Assembly: GCA_964566495.1 (NCBI GenBank)
Contig: CAZMIT010000016.1
Coordinates: 1 to 23,403, forward strand
Length of the DNA: 23,403 bases
Direction: 5' to 3'
DNA from: an uncultured bacterium
Lineage (GTDB): Bacteria; T1Sed10-126
Below the pieces are notes generated by a model. It was not told the DNA's origin. It ran no database searches and saw only the letters and a program-made list of their open reading frames with translations. Below are positions 20,244 to 23,403 of the stretch, in pieces (position 1 is the first letter of the stretch; each line of letters begins with the position of its first letter). A program made the position numbers and the translations under genes.

Positions 20244-21842
20244 ATGAACTGGTTACGCGACCACATGAAAGAAATTATCTGGATAATTGTAGTTGCCTTT
20301 ATTCTAACAATTTTTGCCGGCTGGGGCATGGGCGGGCTGGACCGCCGTAGTCCGGAACGAGAGCTAGCTGTGGTGGACGGTGAAATCATCTCAATGGCCC
20401 GCTACCATGAAATTGTCAACCAGGTTCGGGAAGAATTCCGTGATCAGCGGGACGACCCCCTGGATGAAGAGGCAAACCAAAAAGTCCAGGAAGAGGCTTT
20501 CCGGCGCGCGGTCAACGAAATCCTTCTCCAGCGTTTTGCCGAGCAGGAAGGTGCCCGGGCTACCGCTGACGAAATTCGTCAATTCGTGGCAGCCCAATTT
20601 CGGGACGAAGCCGGTCGCATAGATCACCAGGAATTTCGACGATTTCTACAGCACATTTCTCCGGCCCAGCGCCAGGAAATTGAGGCCGAAGAACGCAAAA
20701 GGATTGAAACTATGCGCGTCTATAACTGGCTCGAAAACCAGCTTTCCATACCAACACAGGAAATTGAGCAAAGCCTTGCAAGCGGCCTGAGGGAACTTGA
20801 TCTCTACGGTCTATTTGTTGATCCGGGGAGTTTTTTAGAAGCAGAAGCTATCCAGACTTATTACGAAAATAACGAAGAACAATTTATGGCGCCTCCACAG
20901 GCTCATCTCCGCCAGATAATGCTCAAAGGCGACGACGTCGAGGACCCTGATACTCCCGAATCTGAGCGATTGGATGAAATAGGCGAATTGCGTGAACGAA
21001 TCCAACGGCAGTTCCGGGCCGGGATTGAGTTTCCTGAACTCGCACGGCGTCACTCACAGGACACCGAAACTGTGAACGCCGGTGGCGATCTTGGATGGGT
21101 TACCCCGGAAGATCTCCCCGAACAGCTCTCGCGAGCCGCCTTTGATCTGGAACCGGGAGAAATGAGTGAGATGATTGTTTCGGGAGACGACTATTACTTT
21201 CTCTACCTTGAGAACCCGATTGAGCAGGAGGTAAAACCGTTACCTGAGGTTAGAGATGAAATAGTCGGAGAACTTTTAACTCCGGAACACTGGGAGCATA
21301 CTCGGTCAGAAGCACAGGAGTTATATGATCAGATAACCGCTGCTGAGGAGCCGCTGGTTGAGCTCAAAAACCTGGCCCACCGGTCAGACGGTTTCACCTC
21401 GGGCACCGAAGGTCAATACGACTGGGTGCCGGTTCGTTTCCTCCCCGAATACCTGGACGAGCAGCTGCGACAGAACTGGAGTGGTGAACTCATCTCCGCC
21501 CCCGGGGACAATCGTATTCTTCCCCCGGTTACCAACACTATGTTAGACCTGCTTGTAGAAGCTAAAACCGTCGCCGAACCGGTTGAAACAGATTACGGTA
21601 TGCTGATCCTTGGCTGTCGGGAACACCGGCCAGGACGCCCGGAAGAGCTGCTGGCTGAGGAAGAAGAAACATTTAAACATTACATTCGGACAGAGAAGAT
21701 TAATCACTACGTAGATGGTTGGTTAAAATGGCGGCGGCTTGAGGCCGAGGTAGAACTTGAAGTGCCAGAGGAAAGAATTGGAGGACGTTCGGCCGATGAA
21801 GTGCTGGCGGAAACTCTCGACCTTGAGCTGGAAACTATCTAA
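20244..21842 (+). CDS. PpiD/SurA-like membrane-anchored chaperone with a parvulin-type domain
   Basis: MNWLRDH + TM, SurA-N-like helical region (LAVVDGEIIS), parvulin fold FPELARRHSQD..GGDLGWV..AAFDLEPGEMS. ATG at 20244 follows GAGGTG; the track starts at GTG 20232. Confidence 0.88.
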   Translation: MNWLRDHMKEIIWIIVVAFILTIFAGWGMGGLDRRSPERELAVVDGEIISMARYHEIVNQVREEFRDQRDDPLDEEANQKVQEEAFRRAVNEILLQRFAEQEGARATADEIRQFVAAQFRDEAGRIDHQEFRRFLQHISPAQRQEIEAEERKRIETMRVYNWLENQLSIPTQEIEQSLASGLRELDLYGLFVDPGSFLEAEAIQTYYENNEEQFMAPPQAHLRQIMLKGDDVEDPDTPESERLDEIGELRERIQRQFRAGIEFPELARRHSQDTETVNAGGDLGWVTPEDLPEQLSRAAFDLEPGEMSEMIVSGDDYYFLYLENPIEQEVKPLPEVRDEIVGELLTPEHWEHTRSEAQELYDQITAAEEPLVELKNLAHRSDGFTSGTEGQYDWVPVRFLPEYLDEQLRQNWSGELISAPGDNRILPPVTNTMLDLLVEAKTVAEPVETDYGMLILGCREHRPGRPEELLAEEEETFKHYIRTEKINHYVDGWLKWRRLEAEVELEVPEERIGGRSADEVLAETLDLELETI

Positions 21843-22573
21843 CCAAGTATATGTACTTCTCTTACCTGCCTGCCAAACTGTAGAGCATCCTCCCGCGAGT
21901 TATATAGCAAATCAACTCTGTTTCCTTTGATCGCTCCTCCAACATCTGCCGCTATACCATAACCGTATCCTTCAACATAGAGCAGGGTTCCCAGGGGAAT
22001 CACCCGCGGATCAACAGCAATCAATCCGTATTCCGCCGGTAGTCCGACAGCAGAATACCCGTCCGTGTAGGGAGCTGTGTCTAAAAAGTGGGGCGAATAT
22101 GCGGTCGCCACCATTGTCATTGAACCCTTCTCCATTACTTCTTTCAGCCGACGGTTTCTAAACTGCGCATTTCCTTCCAAAATTACACGTGGACTCCCGT
22201 CTTTCCCCGGACTTCCCCCCTGTATAACAAGTTCGCGACCGGCTGGCAAAGCGCTTGAGCTGATCCGCCTCTCTTCGACTTGACGGTCCCAGCGCCGATC
22301 TAAATCTCCCCTATCGCCATTACGAATAAATATGTTCATCCCCTCAATAAAATCAGATGTTGGCGCCGGAAATAGAGAATCATAAGCCTCAGGATCTATT
22401 TGATTATCACGCAGTGCTTCTGCAACCGTTTCGGCCCGAGAGTATATCTCTATCCGTTCTCCATCTGCGTGCAGCGTCGCTGTTACACCCTCAGGCTTCT
22501 CGGCCTCCACTAACAGCGGTAAAACGACCATACACAATAATATTAGTAATCCTATGAGTCTGACAGTTTTCAT
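21839..22573 (-). CDS. Secreted 3D-domain protein (YabE/Sps-like putative lytic transglycosylase)
   Basis: Signal peptide, DUF348-like segment (AETVAEAL..I), short G5-like segment, 3D domain ATAYS..IAVDPRVIPLGT..AADVGGAIKGNRVDL. Confidence 0.9.
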   Translation of the reverse strand: MKTVRLIGLLILLCMVVLPLLVEAEKPEGVTATLHADGERIEIYSRAETVAEALRDNQIDPEAYDSLFPAPTSDFIEGMNIFIRNGDRGDLDRRWDRQVEERRISSSALPAGRELVIQGGSPGKDGSPRVILEGNAQFRNRRLKEVMEKGSMTMVATAYSPHFLDTAPYTDGYSAVGLPAEYGLIAVDPRVIPLGTLLYVEGYGYGIAADVGGAIKGNRVDLLYNSREDALQFGRQVREVHILG

Positions 22574-22687
22574 ACTTCTCGCCCCTTTTTAATAAAATTA
22601 AGTTGCCCTATACCCTGTGGGAAAATATTGTTTGTGCTGGCCTGTCCGGTAGGTGCGTCTATTAGGTCATCTCTCTAACGCCGTAAA

Positions 22688-22716
22688 AATATACCACATT
22701 ATCCGCTTCAGGTCAA
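22688..22716 (-). promoter_or_regulatory. Sigma70 promoter with extended -10 for the 3D-domain gene
   Basis: TTGACC-17 nt-TATATT with TGn directly before the -10. Confidence 0.65.
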
Positions 22717-22874
22717 TTTTTTTATTGACAGACAAAAACCTCCCCGCGGTCCCCCTTCACTAACGTTATTTCCAAATAATTCACTAAATTCTCAAGAAAT
22801 GCCTTAATTTTTTGGAAAATTATGTTCATAATAGTAACTACAGAATAAAATCACACAAAGGTAGGGATTCAATA

Positions 22875-23403
22875 ATGTTTTTTGGACAAAAAGAGTCAGA
22901 AGTTAAAGATTTGTTGCATCAGCACCTGCAGTCGGTCGGTGACTGCCTCGAGGTATTTCAGGAGATGATGGAGAGCTACCTCAAGGGCAAGGATGACTTC
23001 CGTGACCTCTCCTTTAAAGTACACGAGGCAGAGCACGAAGCAGACAACATCCGGCGTAAGATCGAAACGCAAATTTACGAGGGGGCCTTCATGCCCGCTT
23101 ACCGGGGCGATTACATTACCCTGGTCGAGCACATAGACAAGATAGCTAACCGTGCCGAAACAATTAGCGACTTTGTTGCCCAGCAAAATCCCCTTATTCC
23201 TGAGGATCTCATCTCCCGGGTTGAGGGGCTCACAAAATCCTCTATCAATTGTATAGACCCTCTTTTAGAAATTATCAAAGTTTTAGATCAAAACTGGGAA
23301 GAGGCACGCAAGCGAGCCCAACAGGTGGAAAACGCCGAGCAGGACGTCGATCAGATGGAGTGGAAATTAATTCGAGACATTTTTGAACGGGATGATTTAG
23401 AAC
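22875..23403 (+). CDS. DUF47/TIGR00153 family PhoU-like protein, 5' part (runs off window)
   Basis: Not in ORF track. Manual translation: MFFGQKESEVKDLLHQHL..EAEHEADNIRRKIE..GAFMPAYRGDYITLVEHIDKIANRAE..VENAEQDVDQME; open to the window end. Confidence 0.9.
   Translation, partial: MFFGQKESEVKDLLHQHLQSVGDCLEVFQEMMESYLKGKDDFRDLSFKVHEAEHEADNIRRKIETQIYEGAFMPAYRGDYITLVEHIDKIANRAETISDFVAQQNPLIPEDLISRVEGLTKSSINCIDPLLEIIKVLDQNWEEARKRAQQVENAEQDVDQMEWKLIRDIFERDDLE

Noticed and set aside
22896..23186. 96-aa minus-strand ORF
   Set aside because: Antisense to the recognisable DUF47 gene on the plus strand.

Overview
Bacterial core-genome window, mostly on the minus strand. In transcription order on the minus strand: a membrane-anchored TPR protein, mreB-mreC-mreD-mrdA-rodA, a repeat-rich spacer, tRNA-Thr(GGT), tRNA-Trp(CCA), secE-nusG-rplK-rplA-rplJ-rplL-rpoB-rpoC, then rpsL-rpsG-fusA (fusA truncated at the left edge). 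The right end holds a PpiD/SurA-like chaperone (+), a secreted 3D-domain protein (-) and a partial DUF47 gene (+). The main anomaly is ribosomal protein uL10 (267 aa). It carries a ~92-aa in-frame insertion containing a tandem helix-hairpin-helix domain between acidic linkers, and from memory this closely resembles the N-terminal HhH module of haloarchaeal eL32. Other points: strongly acidic proteins (38-aa poly-Glu tract in RpoB, acidic extensions on NusG and RpoC) suggesting a halo(alkali)phile; an enlarged beta' trigger-loop insertion; no tuf or rpmG between the two tRNAs, where a structured spacer sits instead; and a 112-bp TA-flanked MITE inserted into a REP-like palindrome. All homology statements come from motif recognition and memory, not from database searches.
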